DNA of 29,646 bases, taken from positions 1 to 29,646 of the IMG/VR virus record IMGVR_UViG_3300030372_000255; one strand, given 5' to 3'. The DNA comes from a virus (lineage: Duplodnaviria > Caudoviricetes). The position numbers were made by a program, and so were the translations under genes. Below, one piece after another: positions 8,031 through 16,659 of the stretch (position 1 is its first letter; each line of letters opens with the position of its first letter). A model generated the notes under the pieces. That model was not told the origin of the DNA. It saw only the letters and a list, made by a program, of their open reading frames with translations, and searched no databases.

Positions 8031-8686
8031 ATATTATTTAACATTGATTTTACATTATTATAAACATCTACTTGCAAATCTAACTTAGATTTATTACTCC
8101 ATTTTTTTTCATTTTTAGCCCATCTGCCTAGCCTTCTGCTTATATCAAAAGTCTTTTGCATCTCAAATAGCATCTTATTCCCTAACTTATTTTTTTCTGT
8201 CCAATATTGCACAAAATCATTACACATCTCTGTAGAATAATTAGAAGAGTAAACAGACTCCTCAAATTCTTTATATCTTATAGATATATCTTTATTTATT
8301 TTAATTGTTTTATTCTTATTTGTTTTAACTTTTTTAACATCTAGTTTTTTAGTTTTTTTAATACTAGTTTTTAAAAAATTTAAAATCTTATCATCAATTA
8401 TCTTAAAATGTAGTGTAGCAGGCACACCTCTTAAAGATGTTTTTATAAATCCTTTTTTTTCTAATGTCTTAATAGCTACAGACTGCTTATGTCTACTAAG
8501 TGTAGTGTCTCTTTCTATATTGTCTGCAGTGTTAAAAAACCATCCATCTATTAACATATTATTATTTATAAAATACTGCTCTTTACTTATTAGGTCGGCT
8601 AGTAGGACAGCCTCTTTAAGTCCTACCAGCCTTGCTAGTCTTTTATTAACTATAAAATATGCACTACTACTTAACAAATTTTTCAT
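8027..8686 (-). CDS. Replication initiator-like protein (N-terminal winged HTH)
   Basis: EAVLLADL...WFFNTADNIERDTTLSRHKQSVAIKTLEKKGFI; Lys-rich linker; C-terminal FVQYWTE...FDISRRLGRW. Confidence 0.7.
   Translation of the reverse strand: MKNLLSSSAYFIVNKRLARLVGLKEAVLLADLISKEQYFINNNMLIDGWFFNTADNIERDTTLSRHKQSVAIKTLEKKGFIKTSLRGVPATLHFKIIDDKILNFLKTSIKKTKKLDVKKVKTNKNKTIKINKDISIRYKEFEESVYSSNYSTEMCNDFVQYWTEKNKLGNKMLFEMQKTFDISRRLGRWAKNEKKWSNKSKLDLQVDVYNNVKSMLNNI
8320..8386. repeat. Degenerate 22-23 bp repeats (AAAAACTAG core) within initiator gene, candidate iterons/origin
   Basis: Minus strand TTTTAAATTTTTTAAAAACTAG TATTAAAAAAACTAAAAAACTAG ATGTTAAAAAAGTTAAAAC followed by an AT-rich tract. Confidence 0.4.
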
Positions 8687-9234
8687 GTCTCTATTTGTAT
8701 TTTACACTTATAATTACTTAACACATTATTACATAGATCATAATTACTAGAAAAATCTTTAAAACTACTTTTTATAGTAACTGTGTAGTCATCTGTTATA
8801 ACATTTATTTTAGCGTTTCCATTAGAGTCATTGGATATACCTAAATTTTTAAGTGTTTCTCTTAAATGTCTAGGACTGTCAAATTCTTTTTTATTTGACT
8901 GTATATCTAAAAATGTTTTGTGTATCTTATCAAATATATTTTTATATTTAGGATAATACATATAGTCATTATCATGTTTATTTTCATAATGATATATGCT
9001 AGTCCTATCCTTATTAAGTATATCTGCTATAACTGTATAATGTATGTCTAATGACTTTCTAGCTATCACAGCTACAGCAGCTCTAGGCATACTATATTTT
9101 TCTGCCTTACTTTTTGTAAGCTCATCTGCTTTTTTTTGTAATATATCATCAGGCAAATCACATATCTTAGTAGCTAATTTACATAAAAACTCTACATTTT
9201 GCTCATCATTTATATATCTTTTAATTTTTTTCAT
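8683..9234 (-). CDS. DnaA C-terminal (domain IV)-like HTH protein
   Basis: PRAAVAVIARK...YTVIADILNKDRTSIYH resembles the DnaA RQIAMYL...IG..F.RDHTTV.H signature. Confidence 0.6.
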   Translation of the reverse strand: MKKIKRYINDEQNVEFLCKLATKICDLPDDILQKKADELTKSKAEKYSMPRAAVAVIARKSLDIHYTVIADILNKDRTSIYHYENKHDNDYMYYPKYKNIFDKIHKTFLDIQSNKKEFDSPRHLRETLKNLGISNDSNGNAKINVITDDYTVTIKSSFKDFSSNYDLCNNVLSNYKCKIQIET

Positions 9235-9243
9235 AATAATATT

Positions 9244-9858
9244 TTAAAATGGCAAGTCATCATCTGACTTTTTATCTTTATATTTTAACTCATTTAATTT
9301 ACTCTTATACTCATCAGTGCTCTTAATTTGCACCTGTATCCATTCAGGCTGCTGCTCAACCCAGTCCTGGTCAAAATGTGTAGTATAATTCCACATAAAT
9401 GATGCATTAAACTGATTAGGACATTCTACTCCTTTAGGCATAGCAGATATAGCATTTATAGCAGCATAGTCACTACCACTCTGTCCTGTTTTATGTATTA
9501 CAGACACATAACACTCTTTGCCTAATAAGTCTGCTAGGTCAAAACCTCTTAGCTCTTTAGATGTAAACTGTTTGCCTCTCCATCCCTCTAGGTCTTTCCT
9601 TAAATTGGATTTCTCATGTAGACTAGTGGTGTATAACTTACTAATGACCATAGGCTTATCCTCTCCTCCAAAATCTCTTATTTCATTAGGTAGCTCAAAA
9701 GTTAGTCTAGTTTTATTTAGATACGTTGTTTCTCCTTTAAATTCATATTCTAATGTGCCTACATTAATCATTTGATAGCATCTAGCTATGTGTGTGCCAG
9801 GAGACACTAGTTCTCTCTTATTTTCTGTGTTACTGCTTTCTTTTAAAATTATTGACAT
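9244..9858 (-). CDS. Putative single-stranded DNA-binding protein
   Basis: PGTHIARC...LTFEL...SLHEKSNLRKDLEGWRG...LLGKEC; SSB-type acidic tail DDDLPF. Confidence 0.65.
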   Translation of the reverse strand: MSIILKESSNTENKRELVSPGTHIARCYQMINVGTLEYEFKGETTYLNKTRLTFELPNEIRDFGGEDKPMVISKLYTTSLHEKSNLRKDLEGWRGKQFTSKELRGFDLADLLGKECYVSVIHKTGQSGSDYAAINAISAMPKGVECPNQFNASFMWNYTTHFDQDWVEQQPEWIQVQIKSTDEYKSKLNELKYKDKKSDDDLPF

Positions 9859-9882
9859 TTTTATTTATTTATTAATTAATAT

Positions 9883-10107
9883 TTAGTTTCTCTCATCTCT
9901 TCTAGCATCTGCCATCATCTCTAGATAGCTTTCTCTTTGCTGAGATTCATACTCATAATCCTCTATTATATTACACTTAAATTTACAGCTATCACACCAG
10001 TATATACCATCTGCATCCTCATCTACATACTCTGATCCACAGCAGGTGCTGACCATACCATAAGTGTCATCTACAGGATTACTTAGTTTGTAGTCATCAT
10101 ATCTCAT
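9883..10107 (-). CDS. Small acidic zinc-ribbon protein
   Basis: STCCG and CDSC motifs. Confidence 0.65.
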   Translation of the reverse strand: MRYDDYKLSNPVDDTYGMVSTCCGSEYVDEDADGIYWCDSCKFKCNIIEDYEYESQQRESYLEMMADARRDERN

Positions 10108-10523
10108 TATCCTACTACATTTAATAGTTTACATACAGCCTCATCCCATTCTTTTTTGTCACTAGGCTTATTGCCATCCTCAAAAATAGTGTGTAAGTCA
10201 TCCTCATATAATGACACCTTTTTATTGTCATCATCTATCATCATTTTATGTAGTCTTTGTTTGCCATCTATTACAGATAGTCTATACAAATAATACATGT
10301 TCATGTGATGAAATTTAAATTTTTTGTAAAGTGGCAGGTCTGTAGCTTTTAGTGTATGGTATTTCTCTACTACTCTCTCTACTTTGTAAGGAACTTTGAT
10401 AACTTTGTCTTTCTCCTCTTCTTGTTTGTTAATAATGTCAGAGATAGACCAGTCTATCTGTCTAAGTGTTTCTATCTCTTCTTTAAGTTCTGTGTGTCTT
10501 TCTTTTGTCATTTGTTTATACAT
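10107..10523 (-). CDS. First early gene, hypothetical (start revised to ATG 10523)
   Basis: Track GTG start at 10550 coincides with the -7 promoter element; first ATG downstream is 10523. Confidence 0.65.
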   Translation of the reverse strand: MYKQMTKERHTELKEEIETLRQIDWSISDIINKQEEEKDKVIKVPYKVERVVEKYHTLKATDLPLYKKFKFHHMNMYYLYRLSVIDGKQRLHKMMIDDDNKKVSLYEDDLHTIFEDGNKPSDKKEWDEAVCKLLNVVG

Positions 10524-10549
10524 GTTAATATATTTATTAGTTAATGACA

Positions 10550-10581
10550 CAAAACTAATATAAATATTTTAAACTCACAAA
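10550..10581 (-). promoter_or_regulatory. Bacteroidota primary-sigma promoter (early)
   Basis: TTTG (10581-10578), 20 nt spacer, TAGTTTTG (10557-10550); matches the TTTG-N19-21-TAnnTTTG consensus. Confidence 0.85.
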
Positions 10582-10630
10582 TAAATCCACATAAAAATGT
10601 TAGTTGATATAGTTTACTAGATACGTAAAC

Positions 10631-11365
10631 TTAGAACTGCATTGGCTCTAATATAGGCAAACGCCCATTTTCTAATATAATTCCTACAGCTATTATAGGC
10701 TTTTTAGTAAAATTCTTAGCATAGTTTGCTGCATAGCTGGACACATTAAATGCTGAGCCTAGCTGCATAGACCACAAAAGACTGTCTTTGTTAGCATGAT
10801 ATATAACACTAGTCTCTGTATGTATATGACCCTGACAAATATTTGTATTCCAGTTAATAGCTCTATTAATAGCTCCATTCCTACCTGAGCTGCCTGTGCC
10901 ATGTAAATATAATACACCATCTATCTCAAATCTGTCTGCCCATATCCAGCCATGTGTGCCTAATACATCATTAAAATCCTTTAGCCAGGCACTAGATAAG
11001 CCTGATGCTACTAGTTTCCTACTAATAATGGCATCATGATTGCCTATCGTAACAGTAGCTACTGGCCACTCTTTATGGAAAGGCTTTATTTGCTCTATAG
11101 CTAATTTAAGCTCATCTCCTGCACTTTTGCCATCAGGACATATCTCATGAAAGCTGGAAAATGAATTGTCAATGCAGTCTCCTGTCAGGTGCACTGCGTT
11201 ACAATTCCATTTTTTATACATCTCTTTGCAGTGCTCAAAAAATCCAGGCTGTATGAAAGGAGCATGAAGATCAGGTATGACCATCACTCTCCTCCCATTT
11301 TCTGCCCTCATTTGTTTTAAAGCCTTAATCTCATGAGGCTTTAATCTATAGCGATTGTTTCTCAC
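10631..11365 (-). CDS. Calcineurin-like metallophosphoesterase
   Basis: DLH, GDCID, GNHD, HG and GHIH motifs. Confidence 0.9.
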   Translation of the reverse strand: MRNNRYRLKPHEIKALKQMRAENGRRVMVIPDLHAPFIQPGFFEHCKEMYKKWNCNAVHLTGDCIDNSFSSFHEICPDGKSAGDELKLAIEQIKPFHKEWPVATVTIGNHDAIISRKLVASGLSSAWLKDFNDVLGTHGWIWADRFEIDGVLYLHGTGSSGRNGAINRAINWNTNICQGHIHTETSVIYHANKDSLLWSMQLGSAFNVSSYAANYAKNFTKKPIIAVGIILENGRLPILEPMQF

Positions 11366-11508
11366 TATTTTTTTAGCTTATTAGGTATAAGTTTGTTTAC
11401 TACCCACATAATTTTGTTTAAAATAGAGTTATCTTTCTCTGTAGGAGTTAGTCTAACAATAATTTCTGCTATAGCTAATAATGCTAATAAAATTTCTTTC
11501 CATTCCAT
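11365..11508 (-). CDS. Small membrane protein, 47 aa, holin-like (not in track)
   Basis: MEWKEILLALLAIAEIIVRLTPTEKDNSILNKIMWVVNKLIPNKLKK*; TAGTG overlap with next start; follows the endolysin. Confidence 0.7.
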   Translation of the reverse strand: MEWKEILLALLAIAEIIVRLTPTEKDNSILNKIMWVVNKLIPNKLKK

Positions 11509-11529
11509 AATATATATTTTAATGATTAA

Positions 11530-11907
11530 TTAATATGTCCAAATCGTATTGGATTTCTTTGTGTCTGAGTTATCTACATGTATAAAAGTAGATGCTATGC
11601 CTATTCTATTAAAACCTGCTAATAATAAACTATTGACTATAAGCCATCTAGTAACACTATCTGTGCATGCTATGTCTGCTGCCCTGCCCTCTAAGTGTGC
11701 TGAGTTTTTAGCTGTCTTATAACCTCTTCTGCCTAGGTCATCATGATACTGCTGTGTCCTATATCCTGATGTAATGCGAAACACACAGCCAGCTATTTCT
11801 CTAGCCTCTTGTAGCATATCCATAAAATCCTCCTGCATGTTTTTTCCTGAGCCTTTTAGTGATGGACAGTCAAATTCTTTGCTAGTAAAATTTCTATATT
11901 TTTTCAT
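11530..11907 (-). CDS. Endolysin, peptidase M15A family
   Basis: EFDC, ITSGYR, SAHLEGRAADI, FIHVD zinc ligands. Confidence 0.9.
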   Translation of the reverse strand: MKKYRNFTSKEFDCPSLKGSGKNMQEDFMDMLQEAREIAGCVFRITSGYRTQQYHDDLGRRGYKTAKNSAHLEGRAADIACTDSVTRWLIVNSLLLAGFNRIGIASTFIHVDNSDTKKSNTIWTY

Positions 11908-12106
11908 TTTTTTTACAGGTTAAGCAGTTCGATCCTTTGCAGTTTACACAGTGCTGTCTCCATCTAGCAAATGTGTATCCTATTGATAATATTAATAATA
12001 TTATCTTTAAGACTAGCTCCAAATCAGCGAATGTAGTTACTCCTAGGACTGATAGATTTATCATTCCTGTCTCTGCTATGTCTGTTGTTACCTTTCTCAG
12101 TGGCAT
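11894..12106 (-). CDS. Putative holin with Cys-rich C-terminus
   Basis: TM segment LVLKIILLILSIGYT; immediately upstream of the endolysin. Confidence 0.65.
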   Translation of the reverse strand: MPLRKVTTDIAETGMINLSVLGVTTFADLELVLKIILLILSIGYTFARWRQHCVNCKGSNCLTCKKNEKI

Positions 12107-12167
12107 TTTTTATATACTTTTTTAAGGCAGTCTCATTTTTTGCCTTTGGTTTGTAATTAGTTCTCAT
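12024..12167 (-). CDS. Small basic protein, 47 aa (not in track)
   Basis: MRTNYKPKAKNETALKKYIKNATEKGNNRHS...YIR*; ATGA-coupled to the upstream gene; overlaps the holin by 83 nt. Confidence 0.5.
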   Translation of the reverse strand: MRTNYKPKAKNETALKKYIKNATEKGNNRHSRDRNDKSISPRSNYIR

Positions 12168-12727
12168 TTTAGATTACTAGTTAAAAAATCATCTAATGTA
12201 ATTTTAGCTCCTTTAACACCTACCTCCTCTACATTTATACCTGAGTAAAATGCATTTTTATCAGGCTCTACATCAGAGCCACTAGAGGTCAGGTATTCAG
12301 GCAGACTAGAGCTATTATGTCGTAAAAAATCTATTAACCTGTCTAAAAAAAACTCTGCTGTATTTCTAATCTCCTCTCTAAGGCTATTTGTATCTTCCAT
12401 AGATATTGACTCTAGATTCTCTGATGTTTTTACTCCTATACCATTGTTAGCTATCTTTACACGCAAAAAAGGTAGTGCCTCATAAAAAGACCAGTGCACT
12501 AGTGCATCCTGTATATAGTCATCTACAAGTGTCTGATATACACCTGACAGAGTGCCTCCTGATATTTTTGTCTGTAGTGCCTCAAACAAATCTGTGCCTA
12601 GCTTTGTCTCTAGATATTTTTTTTGTGCAATTTTAATATATGGAAGATAGAACTCTGCATCTATATTGCCTCCCATAGCAGTGCTGTCTTTTAACTTATT
12701 CTCTGATATAAATAAAACGTATGACAT
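12164..12727 (-). CDS. Putative head-tail adaptor (DUF6712-like)
   Basis: LFISE..LK...IKIAQKKYLETKLGTDLF pattern; helical; downstream of the portal. Confidence 0.65.
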   Translation of the reverse strand: MSYVLFISENKLKDSTAMGGNIDAEFYLPYIKIAQKKYLETKLGTDLFEALQTKISGGTLSGVYQTLVDDYIQDALVHWSFYEALPFLRVKIANNGIGVKTSENLESISMEDTNSLREEIRNTAEFFLDRLIDFLRHNSSSLPEYLTSSGSDVEPDKNAFYSGINVEEVGVKGAKITLDDFLTSNLK

Positions 12728-12749
12728 TAATTTTTAATTAGTTATATTG

Positions 12750-13280
12750 TTAGTTTTTTCTTAAATTACTTAGTGCACTTTTATATGTGCTAACTTTTGC
12801 AGATACATCTACTCCTAATGCCTTAGCTCCCTGTGCAAATAAATCAATTTGTTTCTGCATATCATCTGCATATCTATTTTTTGCTTTTATTTTAGTATCT
12901 AGCTCTCCTTTCATTTTATCTAAAAGTTTGTCAGCTTCAAATGTAGCTTTGCTCCATTTTTGTTTGTTTTCTGTTATAGGAGCTATTTCTTTTTTTATAG
13001 ACTCTGCCTCTTTTTTATGTCTAGCAATTAGTTTCTGTTGGTCTGCTAATATTTTTTTTTCTTTTTTTTCGTTTTCTTTAAATTTGTTAAATCTAATATC
13101 AACCTCATTTTCTTGGTCTGCAACATCTTTTTGAAAATCATTATATTCTTGTATAATTTTTTTTGATTGTGACACAAATCTGTCTAATGTCTTAACATCT
13201 CTAAGGTCTAGTCTTTGTATTCTATCCTCTTTAGAGATATAGCCTTTTAAATTTTTGTAAAATTTTTCTTTTGTTCTCAT
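12750..13280 (-). CDS. Coiled-coil basic protein, candidate internal virion protein
   Basis: K/E/Q-rich heptads, leader ending RLDL, C-terminal AKALGVD; lies between portal and adaptor. Confidence 0.6.
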   Translation of the reverse strand: MRTKEKFYKNLKGYISKEDRIQRLDLRDVKTLDRFVSQSKKIIQEYNDFQKDVADQENEVDIRFNKFKENEKKEKKILADQQKLIARHKKEAESIKKEIAPITENKQKWSKATFEADKLLDKMKGELDTKIKAKNRYADDMQKQIDLFAQGAKALGVDVSAKVSTYKSALSNLRKN

Positions 13281-13285
13281 ATTAA

Positions 13286-15427
13286 TTAATTTTTTCTACC
13301 ATTATTAGGCATGTTTTTAGGAGCTCTGCTTACCTCCTGAGGGTTTGTCTCAGGATAGAAACCATTAGCTCTAGCCTCTGTAGTTGTTATTATTTTAGTC
13401 GCATCTTTTATGTCTGTGCCTGTAGATATACCTAATTTATAAAAGTATATCTCTCGCCTCCAGTAGTGGCCGCAATTAACGCCGCCCTTATGTAACCACT
13501 GACTATATGTATCGCTACCTCCAGGGCCAAATCCAGGGTTTAACACCTGTGTCTCCATAGCTAGTATATTTTCTTTTGTATATAGCTTATTTGCAGCTAG
13601 CATTTTTTTACAAAAATCTCTAGTATTTTCTGATGCTATAGCTGTAGAGTATCTATATCTGACTTTGTAGTAGTTAAAGTTTCTGTCTATACCCTCATCC
13701 TCACTATCTGCATTAGGAGTAGCTGTGCCTGTAGATACAAACTCTACTCTATGTAAATTATTTAGCTCTGCCTCAAAGTTAAAATCTGAGTGCTCATCTG
13801 TTACTATCTCATCAGATAACATTTGCCAGTCTCCATCAGGAGCATCCTCTCCATAAGCATATATAAATTTCTCTACGTTGCTTAATTTTATAGGCACACA
13901 GTTAGGCACTTTTTTACCATCTTTTATCTTATGACCATAAGGCTCATATCCTTTAGTGCATGGATTAGGACTTATAAATTCATGTTTACAGCCACAGTCT
14001 AATGACAGATTAGTAATCTGGTCATGGTCTACACATGGCATGTGCCACTCATAGCCATTGTCATCTACATGCTTATGCGAACCTTTACACCCTATCTCTA
14101 TTGCTTTTTTTTCTGCCTCTTCTTTTGTTCTATATACAGGGTAGCCACCTATGTTATTTACATTATCATCTACTCCTAGCTTACTAAAATCATCCTCCTC
14201 TACAGTTTCTGTGCTTTTTAGACTAGGTAAACCCAGCTCCTCCCTAATCTCATCCTGTGTCATAACTGATTTCATGTCCTCTACAGTAAACTTAGATGTG
14301 ATAGGCTTACTTTGTATAATATCTATAGTTAGACTTATTCTATTTATGTCTAAAATCTTTTTAATACATCTTAGTATTTTTTCCTGGTATGGTTTTATGA
14401 CACTGTTTAAATACACCTCAAAGGCTGTATTTAGCTCATCTACATTACTGCCTAATCCTGTGTTATTCTTAATCCCAAAAAGCATAGGAGATGTAACTCT
14501 ATGCCCTGTGAGGACATTTTGCTGTATAAGTTCCTGCAGTGCTAAAAAAGTTTTATCACTATTAGACATAGTAATCGGATTTATAACAGGTGTTTTGTCC
14601 TGACCATCTGAGAATGTAATAATTAGTTTGCCCGAATTGTCCTCGCCAGCAAATTTTCTTTGTAACTGCTGCTCTATCTTAACTCGTTCCTGCTGTGATG
14701 GCACTCCATTTGAAAAATTTACAAACATGTTCCCCCCCATCATTCCATTAGACACATTAGATAGATGCCATGAGGCTATTTTACTATCAATTAAACACCA
14801 GTTACTAGCAGGACTATAATCAGGACTGTAATACACCTCCATATTAGGACTGTAGTCTCCCTCATACATAATCTGCACAGGGTTTGTCCTGTTATTCATA
14901 TCAAATGCAGGCATAGCTACAGGCTTATGCTTTCTAATGTCTGACCAGTCTGCACATATATAGTATGTATCTATAACTCCTCTCTCATTAGGCTTGCCTG
15001 CTCTTATTTTTTCTACTCCTATGTGATGTAATTCTTTTATGCCAGTCCTAGCTTTGTTCCATATAACTTGTAAAGCAAATGCTCCCTGTAGTTTGTAGTC
15101 AAATGCTATCTTTTTTATTAAGTCATGCATAGTCTCTTTGCCATTTACATTATTAACAAAGTCCTGCAGCTTAACATAAGTGTCTACACTGTCTCCCTCT
15201 TCTATTTCTATGCCCTCTCCTGCTATCATGTCTCTAGTAGCATTAATAATGGCACTATGTGTAGAGCTAGAGTAGTATAAATCTATCAAAAACATAGGGT
15301 AGAGGTTAGGATATTTGCCATCATCAGTGCCATACTCTATCCATTCCTTAGATGCTACCTCAGTAACTTTAGGAGCTGTCTGTGTTTTTAAGTCTATTGC
15401 TATTATATTGTCATCCATTTTATTCAT
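13286..15427 (-). CDS. Portal protein with about 310 aa C-terminal extension (Cys/His micro-domains plus MuF-like domain)
   Basis: Portal core SSTHSAII, DYKLQGAFAL, YYSPDY, GHRVTSPMLFGI, EIREELGL to about aa 402; then GCKGSH..MPC..H, NPC..GY..VPNCV, and RDFC...KGGVNCGHYW. Confidence 0.85.
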   Translation of the reverse strand: MNKMDDNIIAIDLKTQTAPKVTEVASKEWIEYGTDDGKYPNLYPMFLIDLYYSSSTHSAIINATRDMIAGEGIEIEEGDSVDTYVKLQDFVNNVNGKETMHDLIKKIAFDYKLQGAFALQVIWNKARTGIKELHHIGVEKIRAGKPNERGVIDTYYICADWSDIRKHKPVAMPAFDMNNRTNPVQIMYEGDYSPNMEVYYSPDYSPASNWCLIDSKIASWHLSNVSNGMMGGNMFVNFSNGVPSQQERVKIEQQLQRKFAGEDNSGKLIITFSDGQDKTPVINPITMSNSDKTFLALQELIQQNVLTGHRVTSPMLFGIKNNTGLGSNVDELNTAFEVYLNSVIKPYQEKILRCIKKILDINRISLTIDIIQSKPITSKFTVEDMKSVMTQDEIREELGLPSLKSTETVEEDDFSKLGVDDNVNNIGGYPVYRTKEEAEKKAIEIGCKGSHKHVDDNGYEWHMPCVDHDQITNLSLDCGCKHEFISPNPCTKGYEPYGHKIKDGKKVPNCVPIKLSNVEKFIYAYGEDAPDGDWQMLSDEIVTDEHSDFNFEAELNNLHRVEFVSTGTATPNADSEDEGIDRNFNYYKVRYRYSTAIASENTRDFCKKMLAANKLYTKENILAMETQVLNPGFGPGGSDTYSQWLHKGGVNCGHYWRREIYFYKLGISTGTDIKDATKIITTTEARANGFYPETNPQEVSRAPKNMPNNGRKN

Positions 15428-15638
15428 CTTTATACCATTGTGATGTGCTCATTATTTCTAATATCTCACTATAACTATATTGCTGTATACCCTCTAAAAA
15501 TGCAGGCGTGTCTCCCTCAAATTCTAATACGCATTTAGTAGAGTCTAGAGATAGTCTTAATGTTTCTAAACTAGTTTCCTTAACTAAGCTAAAATCTATT
15601 AAATTAGCATCTGTCATGTTATAAATTACATATCTCAT
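15420..15638 (-). CDS. Hypothetical protein
   Basis: 72 aa ORF overlapping the portal start. Confidence 0.7.
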   Translation of the reverse strand: MRYVIYNMTDANLIDFSLVKETSLETLRLSLDSTKCVLEFEGDTPAFLEGIQQYSYSEILEIMSTSQWYKDE

Positions 15639-15649
15639 AGTTATTTTTT

Positions 15650-16369
15650 TTATGGCACTTCTGTGTTAAATGCTGTTCCATTTACTAATGTCCCTGTGTT
15701 TTCGTTTCCTGACTGGTCTGCTATACTAGTTCCTGTGCCATCCTCCATTCTATAGTAAGCTACTAGTCCACTCTCTTCTGATAAGTCAGTAGGAGTGCCA
15801 CTGTTATATATAGCTGCTATATCTGCATCTCCTTTAACTTGGTCAAATACAGCAAACTCATCTATACTGCCTTTCCAAAAATCACTGCCTGATAAAGCAT
15901 TATGTCCTATATGAAAAACAGATGGTGTGCCTGCAAAAGTGCCAAAACCAATAGCTGTTGATCCAAACTGCACACCATCTATATATGCTTTTAGTTGGTT
16001 AGATGCAACTTTCCATGATAATGCTAGATGATGATAATTTCCATCTGCCTCTATACTAGTAGCACCCTGCACCTGTGTGTTAGTGCCTGCTGCTTTATAC
16101 ATAAATTTTATTTGATTACTAGCATGTAAGTATATTATAGTAATTTGATTATTAGCATTTACATAGCATTTAAATACAGGTGCGTTAATGCTTGTAGTGT
16201 CTAATTTTACCCATGTAGAAAAACACCCCTGTGCAGTATCTACCTCTGATGCTGCTGCACTTATATCTGCATAATCATCAACACCATCAAAACGCAAAGC
16301 AAATTTATTACTAAAAGTAACTAAATTTCTCCCTGAGCCTATTTTTTGTCCTAGTTTTAAAGATAACAT
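15650..16369 (-). CDS. LamG/concanavalin A-like jelly-roll virion protein
   Basis: FDGVDDY, FSTWVK, YHHLALSW, YIDG, GSIDEFAVF, LVAYYRM motifs. Confidence 0.85.
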   Translation of the reverse strand: MLSLKLGQKIGSGRNLVTFSNKFALRFDGVDDYADISAAASEVDTAQGCFSTWVKLDTTSINAPVFKCYVNANNQITIIYLHASNQIKFMYKAAGTNTQVQGATSIEADGNYHHLALSWKVASNQLKAYIDGVQFGSTAIGFGTFAGTPSVFHIGHNALSGSDFWKGSIDEFAVFDQVKGDADIAAIYNSGTPTDLSEESGLVAYYRMEDGTGTSIADQSGNENTGTLVNGTAFNTEVP

Positions 16370-16647
16370 TATAGTGTATCATTTTTATATATTAGTGCTA
16401 ATCCTGAGCTTATAGTTATTGCTGTAAATGATAAGTATAGAGTAGTGCCTGCTACATAAGTCTGATGTAAATTTGTGTCAGTTCCTGTAACATTTGTGCC
16501 AGTGTCTAAGTTAGTAACTACAGTCTCTATAGGAAAGTGAACAGCATAGCAGTCTTTGCCTGTTACAGCACCTGTGCCTGAAACTACTATTTCTACTCCA
16601 CCCTTTCCTAATTGCTCTGATAATAACTCTTGTAATGTGTCTCCCAT
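16369..16647 (-). CDS. Small beta-rich virion protein (possible capsid decoration/spike base)
   Basis: AGTTLYLSFTAITISSG pattern; start context nearly identical to the capsid gene's. Confidence 0.55.
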   Translation of the reverse strand: MGDTLQELLSEQLGKGGVEIVVSGTGAVTGKDCYAVHFPIETVVTNLDTGTNVTGTDTNLHQTYVAGTTLYLSFTAITISSGLALIYKNDTL

Positions 16648-16659
16648 TTTTTTGTTTTT

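Noticed and set aside
10524-10550. Track start of the first early gene at 10550
   Set aside because: GTG overlaps the -7 promoter element and so would not be in the transcript
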